A stretch of 64,000 nt of DNA from Ptychomitrium polyphyllum (taxonomy: Eukaryota), in contig OZ316775.1 of NCBI GenBank assembly GCA_973851085.1, positions 12,834,001 to 12,898,000 on the forward strand, in the 5' to 3' direction. The translations under genes and the position numbers were made by a program. Every line of letters begins with the position of its first letter. Position 1 is the stretch's first letter. Shown piece by piece: positions 48,990 through 62,400 of this stretch. The notes below the pieces were generated by a model that did no database searches, was not told where the DNA came from, and saw only the letters and a program-made list of their open reading frames with translations.

Positions 48990-50097
48990 ATGTTGACAAC
49001 AAAAGAATCAAGAATCAGCCTTTTGGAGAAGTTTGACGATATATGTTTAAAATTTTGAAGCTTTGTAAACCAAGTTAAACTTCTTACATTGGTTCAATTT
49101 GTTACTTTATTCCAACTTCAACAATATCCTTCGGATGCTTCATATGTTGATTTGATAGAAATTTTACTCTTGAAACAAACATTCTCTTGGTTTGCACTTT
49201 CTTTTTAAAAATATTCTCCTAAACTTAGCAACTTTGATGTGTTCCTACCTGCATTTGTAGAAGTATTTATTGACCATGACAAATTTTGTCTTACAACCAC
49301 TATGATCTACATCCTGCTTCAAGAATCATATTTGATATCAGTTTATGTATTAGTATTTTGACAATTAGTATCACGGACATAGATCATACAACATAGTGCT
49401 TAGAACATTCTAGAACCTTCTAGTATACTATAATAGCTTCTTAGAATAATTTTAGATGTCTCCATAGTCTTTCCATGTTCTTAAGAAGCTTCCTAGGAAA
49501 GTTCCTCCACCTTAAGAAACTTCCTAGGAAGGTTCTATCATCTTAGATAACTTCCTTGCAAAACTTCCTACAAAGATTCCATCACCTTAGGAAACTTCCT
49601 AGGAAGGATCTGCTTCTTTAGGAAACTTCCTAAGAAGATTCCCCTACCTTAGGAAACTTCCAAGGAAGATTCCAACTCCTTAGAAGACTCTTAGGAAGGT
49701 TCCAACATCTTAGGAAACTTCTTGGGAAGATTCTCCAAACTTCCAGAACATTCTTAAGCCTTATAGGAAGCTTCTTTAGAAGTATCCTAGGAGATACAAA
49801 CGTCACAGTATAAATAGGAGGCAAGACAAGGTATTCCTTAGTCTTGCCAATACAAGTTGTGGATCATCTTGAATCTTGCCTTGTTCTAGTCTTTGTATCA
49901 AGTTCTTGTTAATCATTAGCTCTTTGGAAGCTAATTCTTAGGAAACACTTCATTTTTGCTTCTTGTTTCTTGTGTTCCTAACAATTAGTATGCAATATCA
50001 AATGGAAAGAAGCTTTGATCAATCAATTTCATTGAAGTGTACATGACAGGATTAAAGATGTGTTGCCATCTATGCCAAATCTCCAAGCACTTAACAA
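48990..50097 (+). pseudogene. Decayed Gypsy gag remnant, split by a solo LTR and truncated by a family-B LTR
   Basis: Translates with stops to KESRISLLEKFD..FVNQVKL and, after the solo LTR, EALINQFH*SVHDRIKDVLPSMP. These match the gag of the element at 61-62 kb (EPKISMPDKFD..FVQQVRL; ALVTQFRWDLRENVKDLLLTKP). Confidence 0.7.
49369..49983 (+). mobile_element. Solo LTR, Gypsy family A (RLG1-like), with 5-bp TSD ATTAG
   Basis: TATCACGGACATAGATC...CTTGTGTTCCTAACA, homologous to 54916-55485, 56433-57077 and 62460-63030. ATTAG at 49364-49368 and 49984-49988. TATAAATAG box at about 49809. Confidence 0.92.
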
Positions 50098-50470
50098 TGT
50101 TACAGACATATATATTAGAAGCATTTAAAAAAGTTCTTAAAAGGTTTAGGAAGGTAAAAGAAGCTTCTAAAGAAGCAACTTAAGGTTGCTTGAGTACAAA
50201 GCAATGTAATAAAAGCTTCTCAAAGAGCAACCAAGGCTTGTAATCTTAGTATATATAGGAGTTGAGGCTGAAGTTCCCTTTAGCCTTGACAATGCATCTC
50301 TTGTGGTTTAATTTAGATCTTTAGCCTCTATTTTTGTATCTTATTATAGCTCTTTACTTCTAATATTCCTTAGACATATCTTATTTCATATCCTAAAATT
50401 TTTAAGCCTTATTTTATTGTTATTCTGTCTATAACAATTTGTCGAGATTGTCATACAATAATATCAGAGC
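50098..50470 (+). mobile_element. Gypsy LTR, family B (50098-50457), plus tRNA-iMet-type PBS remnant (50459-50470)
   Basis: TG...CA termini (TGTTACAGACATATATATTAGAAGC...TCATACA), followed by TAATATCAGAGC (canonical TGGTATCAGAGC). Homologous to the reverse complement of 55486-55768. Confidence 0.8.
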
Positions 50471-50880
50471 TTGGTCATTTTTGATTAAAAGTAGAATATT
50501 CCTCTTTATAAAAACACTATAGCGCTTTAAAGATTGAAATTATCTTTTTTAAGGCTGATATTGCTTTTTAAATCTTCTTTAATTTTTTTTACTTAGCAAT
50601 TTCCATTTGTTATCATGCTAGGAGGTGAAGTGGTCAATATGACTGATTGTTGTGTAAATAAAGATCATTAATACAATATATTGAGTATTACAACTATAAT
50701 CAATTTTGTGGCAAAAAAACCAAATAAGAATGTATAACAAGCATATCTTTAAATGCACCCTTAAATTAATCATGGAACCTCACAAGACAACTAAAACCAC
50801 AATTATACATAGATGAAAAAGAATGCCATGGTGATGCCATGGTAATCTTCTTGAAAAAGGTGGGACATATAAAGTGATCC

Positions 50881-53800
50881 TAGTTGAAGTTTCCTTGTCT
50901 AGGACTAAAGCTTGATAGGTTGCTAATGGTCAAAGGGAGGTCAAGGAAGAGGCCATAGAGGATATGGAGGCTAGGGTTAAGAAAAAACAACAAGGGTTTT
51001 GTATGGCCGCTAGGGTTAAAGCAACTGTTAGTATAAAGGCGGCCATTAGGGTTAAGGCGGCGATTAGGGTTGGCCGCCACATGGCACTCATTAGTAGAAG
51101 CAAATGCATGGCTGCAAAGTGGCACACTTTGGTGCATGACTCCGAAGTATAAGTAAAGGGGTTTTCGAAGTGGGAGTCATCTTATTGCACACTTCTCTTG
51201 TTGCAACCTTGCTTTCTCCTCTTGCTTATTGTACTACCTTTGTTGCATTTTTTCATTAGGATATAGGCCCACTTACACTTAGTTGTGCCTTGTGAAGTAG
51301 CTTGAAGTGTTTGTAGTTCTTATTCTTATGTGGAGCAAGATCACTTGGTAGTTATTGAAGATAAAGTTAGAATTGCCTTACTTTGACGTTTTGTACATGT
51401 AGGTACTTGGTTTGATGTTTTGACCTCTTGTAGGGTTGTGGATGCTGAAATTCCTTGGATAGTGAGTTGTTTTGAGTGATAATCAGATCTTAATAGTGTC
51501 TTTATTGGAATTCAAGCTTCCTAACATCAACTTATTGTGCTTGGTGTTGTTGTCTTGTGAATTCTTTGACAAGAGTGCTTATTGAGTGGACATAGTGAGT
51601 TGAAAGGCTTGTCTTTGGACTCATAGTTGAGAAGCATAGGAGTCAAGGAAATAATTTGTTTGGAGGTACACTTGTTACCTCTTTTCTTAAGGCATGGCTT
51701 CAAGTGAAGGTGGAGGTTTGACAACCATTCAAAAGTTTGATGGTGAGAACTTCTACCAATGGAAGGTTAAGATGGAGCTCTTGTTGGCTTCTTTGGACCT
51801 TTGGAACATCATAGATGAGAGTGAGGTTGCTCCACCATTGTTGGCGGATGCAAAAGAGAAGAAGGAGTTCCAATGCTGTGAGAAAAAGGCTTTTGGCATT
51901 CTTGCCACCAACCTTGATGATGCCAACTTTGCTCATATCATCTCTTGCACAGGACCTGCAGAAGCGTGGAAGATGCTTTGCAACATCTATGAGAGCAAGA
52001 ACCTCTCCAACATCATCTTCACAAGGAGGAAGTTCTTGAATTGCAAGATGGAAGAAGGGCACGACTTCATGGCACATGTGAACAAGTTGAAGGCCCTTGC
52101 AATGCAACTTGCCATTGTGGACAAGCCATTGGAGGATATGGATGTTGTGATTACATTGCTCATGAGCTTGCTAAAGTCCTATAGCTATCTCATAGTGGCC
52201 TTGGAGTCCATTCCTATCAAGGACCTCACCATGGACTATGTGATAGCAAGATTGAGCCACGAGGAGACCAAGAGGAAGGAAAAGGCAACTTCAAGTGAGA
52301 ACTCGGCCCTCTTTTTGAGGCAAGGCAAGGCCACCTATTCTAATCAACGTCCAAATCTTAGAACGTGCTTTGTGTGTAAAAAACCAGGTCATTTTGCTCG
52401 AAATTGCTCTAAGGTAAAGAAAAGAAAGAAGGAGGATGCCAACCATGTGATGGACCACTTTGGAAGCGGTAATTGTGCCTTCATGGCAAGAAAAGGGGCG
52501 CATATGGCGGCCGTATCCAAGGGGATAGTTGATTCGGGCGCCACAAAGCACATGACTCCTTATAAGTGCTCATTTCATACTTATGAGGCAATTCCAGCCA
52601 TTAATGTGCTCATGGATGACAATGGCGTAGTGGAGGCCATTAGAATGGGTTCCATTGTAGTGGAGGTTGTTGTAGGAGGCAAGACCAAGAAGATTACCTT
52701 CAAGGACGTGCTCCATCTGCCAAAGATGAAGTCCAACCTCCTCTCGGTGAGCAAACTTGTGATGGGAAGGTTTGTGGCTCATTTCAATATGAATGGATGT
52801 ATTGTGAAGTCATTGGGTGGAGATGTTGTTGCCACGGGGTTGAAGGATGGCAACTTGTACTTCATCAAGTGTAAGAAGGTGAATGGAGTGGAGGTGGCGG
52901 CCTTTGCTAAATTCACTCAAGATGAAGATAAGTTTGGCATATGGCATGGTCACCTTGGGCACTTGAATGTGAACGCCATTAAAGAGCTCCAAGGCATAGT
53001 AAGTGGATTTGGATATAGCATGCCACAAGGCCAAGGAACTTGCTTGTAAGGGTTGCATCCAAGGCAAGCAACAAAAGGCATTGTTTCCAAATGGAGTGGC
53101 AACTCGTGCAAACACATTGTTGAAGATTGTGCATTTTGACGTGTGTGGGCATATGAGGACTCCAATCATGGGGGGCGCAAGGTATTTCCTCACTTTCATT
53201 GATGACTTTTTGAAGAAAGTGTGGATGTTCATCTTTAAGGCCAAGAGTGAATACTTTGCAAGGTTCAAGGAATTTAAGGCGCTTGTGGAGAAGCAATGTG
53301 AATTCAACATCAAGGTGTTGCGTTCGGATAATGATAGTGAGTTCTTATCCAAGTGTTTTGATGAGTTCTTGAGGAGTGAAGGCATTGTAAGGCAAACCTC
53401 TACTCCATACACTTTATAATAAAATGGAGTTGCTGAGAGGGCAAACCAAACTATTGTGGAGATGGCAAGGAGCATGCTTCATGTTCAACATCTTGGGCAT
53501 GAGTTGTGGGCGGAAGCGGTGGTGAATGCAGTGTACACAAGAAATAGGTGCCCCACATATATCCTTGCATCTATGACCCTTAAAGTTGGTTGGAGTGGTA
53601 AAAAGCCTTGTGTTTCACACATGAGGACCTTTAGATGCCTTGTATATGCAATGGTTCCAGATTGCATGAGGTCCAAACTTGATGCAAAGGGTACAAAGTG
53701 TGTGTTCTTTGGTTATTGTGAGGACAGCAAAGCGTATAGGCTGATGTGTATGGAGAGCAAGAAGATCATCAAGAATCATAATGTTGAGTTCTTGGAGTAC

Positions 53801-54915
53801 AAGAGCGTTTGTGAGCACTTGGGGATGTGTCCAAATGGGAGTAATGGTGTGATTGTAGACACATCCTCTACTTCAACAAAGCAAGAAGGTGGAGATGTGG
53901 ATGGAGGTGAAATAACAATGGAGGACAAGAGTAAGGCGACCTCCATCGTGAAGACCAGCAGAAGAGCCTCACAAGGTGATGGTGAGCATCTTCATTCAAG
54001 TGTGGAGAATTAACTTCCAAATGAAGGAAAAGTAGATGTATTACAAGAAGAGAGGCCTGCAATGAATAGTAGGAAGTACTCCATGAGGGAGTGGAGACCT
54101 CTTGGTGAATGGTAAAAGAACCATATCTTTCTCCAAGTGAGTGCAAAACATGCCAATGTTGCCCTCCTTGTTGATCCCTTAAATACGTGCAATGCCTTGA
54201 AGTCCACAAATGCCATGAAGTAGGAGAAGGCCATGAACGAGGAGTACAAGTCACTTATGGACAATGGCACATAGCACTTGACTCAACTTCTCCCAAATCG
54301 TTCGTCCATAAATTACAAGTGGGTGTTTAGAACCAAGATGGATGCTTCGGATGCAATTGTGAGGCACAAGGCAAGACTAGTTGTCAAAGGATACTCACAA
54401 GCTGCTGGTGTGGACTTCAATGAGCCATTTGCACCTGTAGCTAAGTTCACCACCGTTAGGACCATCTTAGCCATAGCGGCGGCAATGGACTTGGAAGTGC
54501 ACCACATGGATGTGAAGACGGCGTTCTTAAATGGAAACTTGGAAGAAGACATCTACATAGAACAACCTCCAGGATTTGTATATGAAGGGTTGGAGCATTT
54601 TGTTTTCAGGTTTGAAAAGGCCTTGGACGAACTGAAGTAATCACCAAGGGCATGGTATCAACGCATTGATGCATTCTTTAGGAAGGAAAGGTTTGTGAGA
54701 AGCAAGGCGGATCATTCCTTGTATGTAATGCAAACCATGTAGTTCTTGTTGATTGTGATTTTGTATGTAGATGACTTGATCATGTTGGCCAACCTTTTGG
54801 AGAAGCTTGAATGGTTGAAGGCCAAATTAGAGCAGGAGTTTGAGATGAGTGATTTGGGCAAATTGCACTATTGTCTTGGAGTGGAGTTTGTGAGTGATTG
54901 TGCAAATAGGACCCT
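50881..54915 (+). mobile_element. Ty1/Copia LTR retrotransposon, 3'-truncated and degenerate (5' LTR about 50881-51258; gag-pol 51694-54915)
   Basis: Domain order gag-PR-INT-RT. Zinc knuckle CFVCKKPGHFARNC, protease IVDSGATKHM, GAG-pre-integrase WHGHLGH, integrase FIDDF/VLRSDN/NGVAERAN, RT KARLVVKGYSQ..MDVKTAFLNG..ILYVDDLIM. Several stops and frameshifts; RNase H absent. LTR boundaries approximate. Confidence 0.92.
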
Positions 54916-55485
54916 TGTCACGGACATAGATCATTGAACATAGTCCTTGAACATTCTAAAACCTTTTAGTATACTATAATAGCTTCTTCAAATACTTTTA
55001 GATGTTCCCATAGCCTTTTACGTTTTTCAGAAGCTTCCTAAGAAAGTTCTTCTACCTTTGGAAATTTCCTAAAGAGGTTCCATCATCTTAGAAAACTTCC
55101 AAAGAAGGTTTCACCACCCTAAGAACCTTTGTAAGGGGATTCTACCTCTTTGGGAAACTTCATAAGAAGGTTCTTTTACCTTAAAAAATTCCTAAGGAAG
55201 GTCCAAACATCTTAGGAAACTTTTTGGGAAGGTTCCCTAGACTTCTAGAATATTCTTAAACCCTGTAGGAAGTTTCTTTAGAAGTATTCTAGGAGATACA
55301 AATGTCATAGTATAAATAGGAAGCAAGACAAGGTATTCCTTAGTCTTGTCAACACAAGTTGTGGATTATCTTGAATCTTGCCTTGTTCTAGTCTTTGAAT
55401 CAAGTTCTTGTTAATCATTAGCTCTTTAGAAGCTAATTCTTGGGAAACACTTTGTTTCTGCTTCTTGTTTCTTGTGTCGCTAACA
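54916..55485 (+). mobile_element. Solo LTR, Gypsy family A, without TSD
   Basis: TGTCACGGACATAGATC...CTTGTGTCGCTAACA. The flanks ACCCT (Copia RT) and AGAGG (family-B LTR) do not match. Confidence 0.92.
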
Positions 55486-56432
55486 AGAGGTATAGAGCTA
55501 CAATAAGGTAAATAAGATAAGGCCAAAAAGTTTGAACAAGATCACAGGAGATGCGTTGTTGAAACTAAAGATTCCTTCAGGGTTGATAGTTACATATTAG
55601 AACTTCAAGCCTTGGATGATTCTTGGAAAGCTTCTACTTTATTCCTTTGTATTCAAGCAATCTTAAATTGCTTCCTTAGAAGCTTCCAAAGCCGAGGTAA
55701 TTTCCTTGGAAGCTTTTTAAACCTTCTAAGAACCTTTCTGGATGCTTCTAATATGTATGTCCGTGACATCACCTCCTTTTCTAGCTCCAAGGTGTCCAAG
55801 GAGCATTTTGCAACAAGTGCTATAATTATAAGAAGTCGTAAATTTATCGCATAATATTTGTAACATATTCCAATTGCCTTTCTTGATTCAAATGGTTCAT
55901 GGATCCTTGTATCCATGAATAATGTCCAACCCCTTTTACTTGAGACCAAGCATGAACTTCCATATTTTCATCGTAAAAGAGCCCTTCAAACATAACATAT
56001 AGATGATCTTTAAAAGCTGGCTCTACTTCAAAGACAATCACCAATAATCTATTGCTGGGTATCCTCCAACATCTTTTTACTCTAATTTATTCTTCATTAC
56101 GAGGTTGTCAACAAGAACCATTTGGTTGGATTGACACCACAGGTATAGTATCTGCATTTTCATCGTGTATATTTAATAAATTGAGCTATTCTCAAGGAAC
56201 TATAACAAACTCAAAATACAAATGACTAATTTCTATATCATGGTTGGAGCTTTGGAAACTTATGATCTGGGCATTGCTTTCTTTCCTACTTAAAACTAAA
56301 GCATCAAAATCCATCAAAAATTACATAGTGTTATTGAGCTACTATTTTTTATGCTGCTACTTTTGATTTGGATGGATGTTCTTGATGGAACTCAGTCACT
56401 TTTACTAGTGAATTGACAACGTTGTTGGCAGG
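55486..56432 (-). mobile_element. 3' end of an older family-B chromovirus: chromodomain tail, 3' UTR, PPT (55769-55785) and truncated 3' LTR (55486-55768)
   Basis: The minus strand reads PANNVVNSLVKVTEFHQEHPSKSK* (compare WEPSTNVTNASEKVHEFHQRYP in the neighbouring element), then the purine tract AGAAAAGGAGGTGA directly before TGTCACGGACATACATATTAGAAGC. Confidence 0.75.
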
Positions 56433-59400
56433 TAATAAAGACACAAGAAACAAGAAGCAAAAACGAAGTGTTTCCCAAGAATTAGCTTCCAAAGAGCTAA
56501 TAATTAACAAGAACTTGATACAAAGACTAGAACGAGGCAAGATTCAAGATGATCCACAACTTGTGTTGGCAAGACTAAGGAATACCTTGTCTTGCCTCTT
56601 ATTTATACTATGACGTTTGTATTTCCTAGGATACTTCTAAAGAAGCTTCCTACAAGGTTTAAGAATGTTTTGGAAGTCTAAGGAACCTTCCTAAGAATTT
56701 CCTAAGATGTTGGAACCTTCATAAGAAGCTTCCAAGGAGTTGGAACCTTCCTTGGAATTTTCCTAAGGTAGCAGAATCTTCTTAGGAAGTTTTCTAAAGA
56801 GGTAGACCCTTTCTAGGAAGTTTCTTGAGGTGATAGAACTTTCTTAGGAAGATTCCTAAGGTGATACAATCTTCATGGAAAGTTCCCTCATACATTTACT
56901 AAGATGGTAGAACCTTTTTGGAAAGTTTTCTAAGGTGGAGGAACTTTCCTAAGAAGCTTCCTAAGAATATGGAAAGACTATGGAGACATCTAAAAGTATT
57001 CTAAAAAGCTATTATAGTATACTAGAAGGTTCTAGAATATTTTAAGCACTATGTTGCATGATCTATGTCCGTGACATCATCTCTCCATTTAGCAACCAGT
57101 CCCATGAGGAGCTCTGTTCTTGGCTTGCTTGTCACATTTCTACAAATTCCAAAATTTGTCGAAGGAGTGAAGCAACATACTCTGCTCGTTGTTCTTTGTT
57201 CACTGGTTCAACTGGTCCTTGCAAAAAGCGCAGATGGCCACCAGCCAAAACTTCTATTGTTGAAATGTCCCATTCCAGGATCTAATCTTGATTAAGTCCT
57301 TCAAAACATCCTCCAAACAAGATTTCGGATCCTCCAGGAGTGACTCTTCCAATTTCTAACAAGATGACTAGAGCACAAGCATCTGAATCATTACTAAAAT
57401 GTGAAGGGCAACTAGCCAATACTTCTGCACGAGGTCGTACTCGACGTTAGAATGCCCCTCCCATATCTTGACTTAGATCCTCCGTTACCGAGGGCTGAGA
57501 AAGTTGAGTTGGCTCAACAGATGCTGTTGTTGATGAAGGCATGGCCGACTGTTCTTCACGCATGTCCATGATAACACGAAGATTTGACATACCGGCTAGG
57601 ATCTGGAAATGATCTATTTTGGAAATAATGCTGCATACAATTGGAGGTTTGGATATCTCTCCTCCCTTCTTATACTTGTCTATGAAGGAAAAATTTCTCT
57701 GTGAAGCTAATGGCTACTGATGACACATCATCACTGACCTGATTTCTGAGGATATCTTTGATGAAATTCGTGTACCTTCTCGGATGCATTTGTTACATTT
57801 GTTGAAGGTTCTCATGTTTGGTCATTGGTGCCATATCCTTGCCAATGTATTAGGTACTCCACACGTCTGTTCTTGATGCGTGAATCTAGGATTTCTTCCA
57901 CTTCATATTCAATTTCATTATTGATTTCTAGCGGAGGAGGCAGAGGAACAATTTTCTCTGGTATACATGATTTGTTATGGTTTCCAACAAGGATACGTGG
58001 AATACTGGATGAATTTGCATGCTTGGTGGTAGCTTTGTGCGATAACTAACCGGATTTATCTGTTTGCTGATTTCAAACGGTCCCAGCCTTTAATAATCGA
58101 ACTTCTTTGATGGTCTTTTTGTCTGTATATTTCGTCGTAGGAGCCATACGTTATCTCCAACCTTGAACTTTGGATGGTCCTTTCGATGGCGATTTGCATA
58201 AGTTTTGTAACGATCTTGAGCTTGTTGCAACTAGAAGGTAATTCCTTGATGGATTTTAGCAAGTTGAATTGCAAAATCCTCTGTTGCAGGACTTCGAACA
58301 TGCTTCACTTGAAATGGATATGTTTGAGGATGATGCCCATAGTTTGCAAAGAATGGACTTTGACTTGTTGAAGAATGCACCGTATTATTGAAAGCAAATT
58401 CTGCCAAAGGCAAGAGGTCCATCCAGTTGTCTTGCTGGTAATTTATGTTACAAGAAAGGTACTGTTCCAAAATTTGATTTACACGTTCGGTTTGGCCATC
58501 AGTTTGCGGATGGTGTGCTGAAGAAAGATTGATTTTCACACGCAATAGCTGGAATAGAGCCCTCCAAAAGTTGGAAATGAACTACGGCCCTCGATCGGAT
58601 ACAATATCATCTGGTAGTCCATGTATGCGGTAGACGTGATTTAGGAACAACTTGGCAGTTTCTTCTCCCGTTACCGTCTTGTTGCATGGAATGAAATGTG
58701 TCATTTTGGTAAATCGATCTACCACTACTAAAATAGAATCCTTAGATTTGGAATTTGGAAGGTCCGTGATAAAATCCATTGATAAAGACAACCATGGGTC
58801 CTTTGGCACTGGAAGCGGATGGAGGAGACCATGAGGTTGGTGCCTTGGTACCTTGGCTCTTGCACAAGTGTTGCATGATCAAACAAAGTCCTTTACGTAC
58901 TTCCACATTTATGACCACCAATAGTCTCTAGCAATCAAGTCCATTGTTTTATCGAATCTAAAATGCCCTATTGTTGGAAAATCATAATGTGCTTGAAGGA
59001 TCTTCAATTGCATAGGACTTGGAAGTAGGTACAAAACTCTTTTATAGTAAAGTAGGCCCTCTTGGAATTCAAAGTCCTCATCGCTATTTGAAGGATTTCC
59101 ATTGTCTTTGAGGCGCTTTTTTATAGCTGAAACGAAGACGTCATTCTTCAAAGCCTTCCGAATTTTGTCAAAATGGGATGTTGTTGTAATAATGGCTGCT
59201 TTTAATTGAAGATTCTCAGGCTTCAATAAAATAGTCCTTTGTTGATTCAAAACATCATCTCCAAGTTGAGGAGCTAAATAAGATCTTCGAGATAAGGCAT
59301 CTGGTTTACCTTGCAAGCTACTAGATCGATAGGTAATGACAAAGTCAAATATGGAAAGCGACATATTCCACCTTGCTTGACGGCGATTTAAAACGCGCGC

Positions 59401-62400
59401 ACTCATGAAATAGTCCAAGTTCTTGTGGTCTGTATATATCGTGATGGTATGTTGAGCTCCTTTCCAATAAGTGTCGCCGTTTTTCAAATGCATCCACAGT
59501 TGCAAGTAGTTCTTTATCATGTATATCATAGTTGATCTCTGCCGCTGAGACCTTCCTTGAACAAAAGGTAAGAGGGTGAAGTCTCCGTCTTCATCATATT
59601 GTGAGAGTACTAAGCCAAGCGCAAAATCTGAGGCATCCGCTTCCAAATAAAAAGGCTTTGATGGATTTGGATGAATAAGGATTGGAGCCGACGTGAATGA
59701 CTTCTTAAGACTTTGAAATGCTTTTTCCGCCTTTTCATCCCAAATGAATTTTTGCTTCCCTGTAAGACGTGTCAACGGTGCCGTAATCTTGGAATAATTC
59801 TTGATGAATATTTTGTAGAAGTTTGCAAATCCCAAGAAGCATTGAATATCTCGAATTGATCTTGGCGTACTCCACTCCATAACAGTGCTTATTTTTTTCT
59901 TATCCATATGGATTCCTCCTTTGGAAATGATGTAGCCTAAAAGTTCAACCGAGGATTTATGGAAAAGGCACTTCTCCAATTTGGCATATAATCCTCGCTG
60001 GCGTAATTTTTCTAAGACCAGTCGTACATGACATTCGTGGTCTTGTTCATTCTTTGAATATCAAAATGGCATCTAAATAGATGATTACAAAATCATCCAG
60101 ATGTTCATGGAAGATATCATTCATCATATATTGAAAGACTGCGGGAGCATTAGTAAGGCCAAAAGGCATGACATTGTATTCAAAATGACCATACCTAGAT
60201 CAAAAAGCTGTCTTCCATTCGTCTCCTTCTTTGATGCGTACAAGATTATAGGCTCCTTTAAGATCGATTTTGGTAAATATCTTTGCTTGGCCAAGTTGTT
60301 GTAGGAGTCCTGAGATTAATGGTAATGGATAGCGATTCTTTTTTGTTATTTTATTGAGGCCTTGATAGTCCACGCACATACGTAATGATCCATCTTTCTT
60401 CTTTACAAACAGAATGGGTGCTCCAGCAGGTGATTTAGAGTGTTGAATAAAACCCTTTCCAAGGTTTTCATCAATATATTCTCTCAAGGCAGCCAACTCA
60501 GTTTGTGATAAGTTATAAATAGGTCCAAAAGGTGGTTGGGCTCCTTCTTGCAGCTCAATGGTATAATTGTAAGGTTGGTGCTTTGGTAACATGTCCGCAT
60601 TCTTCTTCTCAAAAACGTCTTTAAAATCTTGATATTGGCAAGGTATTTTTTGATTAGTCTCTATTATAGAGCTAGACATTGGTGTGGCATAGATTGATTC
60701 ATCCTTTGTCGCTCTCATGAATGCCTTAGCTCCAATAAATGATGGTTTAAGATTTCTCGTACCTTGGCGTCTTTTCCTTAAGATCACACTCTGTGAGCGC
60801 CAGTCAATGTCTGGATTATGTAATTGAAACCAAGGAAGGTCCAAAACAATAGGATTTGTTCGGCATTGAATGATGTTGAAGACAATCTTAAATGCTTGGT
60901 TTACTAAAACAAGCTCTAAGAGTTGAGTTTCTTCAATAACGTTGCCAGATGCATTAGATCGTCCATCAACAACTCCAATAGGTGTTGGGTATTTTTTGTT
61001 CACAAGCACCATGTGATGTTTGGTTGCAAAATCCTTATTGATGAAACATGCCATTGCACCAGTGTCTAAGAGAGCCTCATTAATTATTTCATCATCTAAC
61101 AACTTAATATTGATAAGAAATGTAAAACAAGAAGTGGGGCTTGAAGGTAGTAAGAGACGTTGATTTGATGGTGGATTCCTTGTGGTGTCCAGTTGCATGG
61201 TTCCTACTGTGACTGGAGAGCCTCGTTTTCCAACTCCACCATTGTACTTTGAGCCTTACAGGCAGATCCTTTGATTTGGCAATTGTGCACTTTATGTCCA
61301 GACTTGCCACAATACAAACATAGGTTTTCTCTTTGACGCCTTTCTTTTTCTTCTGGAGTCAAACGTCTGAACTGGGCAGCATCAATTTGCATAGGTTTTG
61401 GTCCTTGTGGTTGACTTTCCAATATTCTTGAAGAAGTGGTAGCCATGCTTTGATGTACTGGTCGCCATCCCAAGCATTGTTCTTGGCGCCTCTCAAATAG
61501 CCTATTATCACATGCTATTGCTTGAATGATGAATTCGTCCGATGTTTCAACTCTTGGCTTTGTGAGTAGCAAGTCCTTTACATTCTCTCTTAAGTCCCAT
61601 CGGAATTGTGTGACCAAGGCTTTATCATTCCAATCAAGGTCGCAAGCTAATTGTCAAAACTCTGCAGCATATGTAGTAGCTGAGCATTGTCCTTGTTGGA
61701 AACTCTGAATCCTTGTCTCAGCCACCTTCTCTCGGTCGGTGTCTCCAAAAGTGGATGTCAATGCTTCTATAAAAGCATCTAAGTTGTTTAATAATGGTGA
61801 TTGTTTCTCCATTAGTGGTGCAAACCACAATAGTACATTGTTTGATAAAAGAGTGGCCACAAATCCCACTTGAGTTGTGCCATCAGAATAGCGAGATTGA
61901 CGCAAACTAAGGAAGAGCCTTACTTGTTGAACAAAGCCTCTCAATTTTGATCTTAATTCATCAAACTTGTCTGGCATGCTAATCTTTGGCTCTGTATGGG
62001 TTCGATGTAAGCCTTTCTTTTTAATATTGGCCTCTTGCAATCAAACAACCTCTTGGTATAGGCTTTGAATATCACCATTGGATTCTTCAGCTTGCCGAGT
62101 GTGGTGCTTCAAATTGTTGGTGGTATTAAAACGGGCGAGTTCCGTTGGAACTGTGTTTAATAACTCTTGAAGGTCTGCAATAGTTGCAAACCTATTATCT
62201 GATGTTCCAGGCATGTTATTCAGTTCTTAAGACTCTCAAAGACAGAAAGACTATGAGTACCTTCAAAGGAGGAAAATCCACGTCCTTTGAAAGAAGTAAC
62301 ACTTAGTTCTAGAAGGAGAAACCAACTCTATGGTGCCAGCTTAGAGGAGGATAATCCGCAACCTCTAAGATGCTATGGAATTCTCAAGAAGATGAATAAT

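Noticed and set aside
56640..56960. CRISPR-like spaced palindromic repeats
   Set aside because: Degenerate internal minisatellite of a plant LTR, with no unique spacers and no cas genes.
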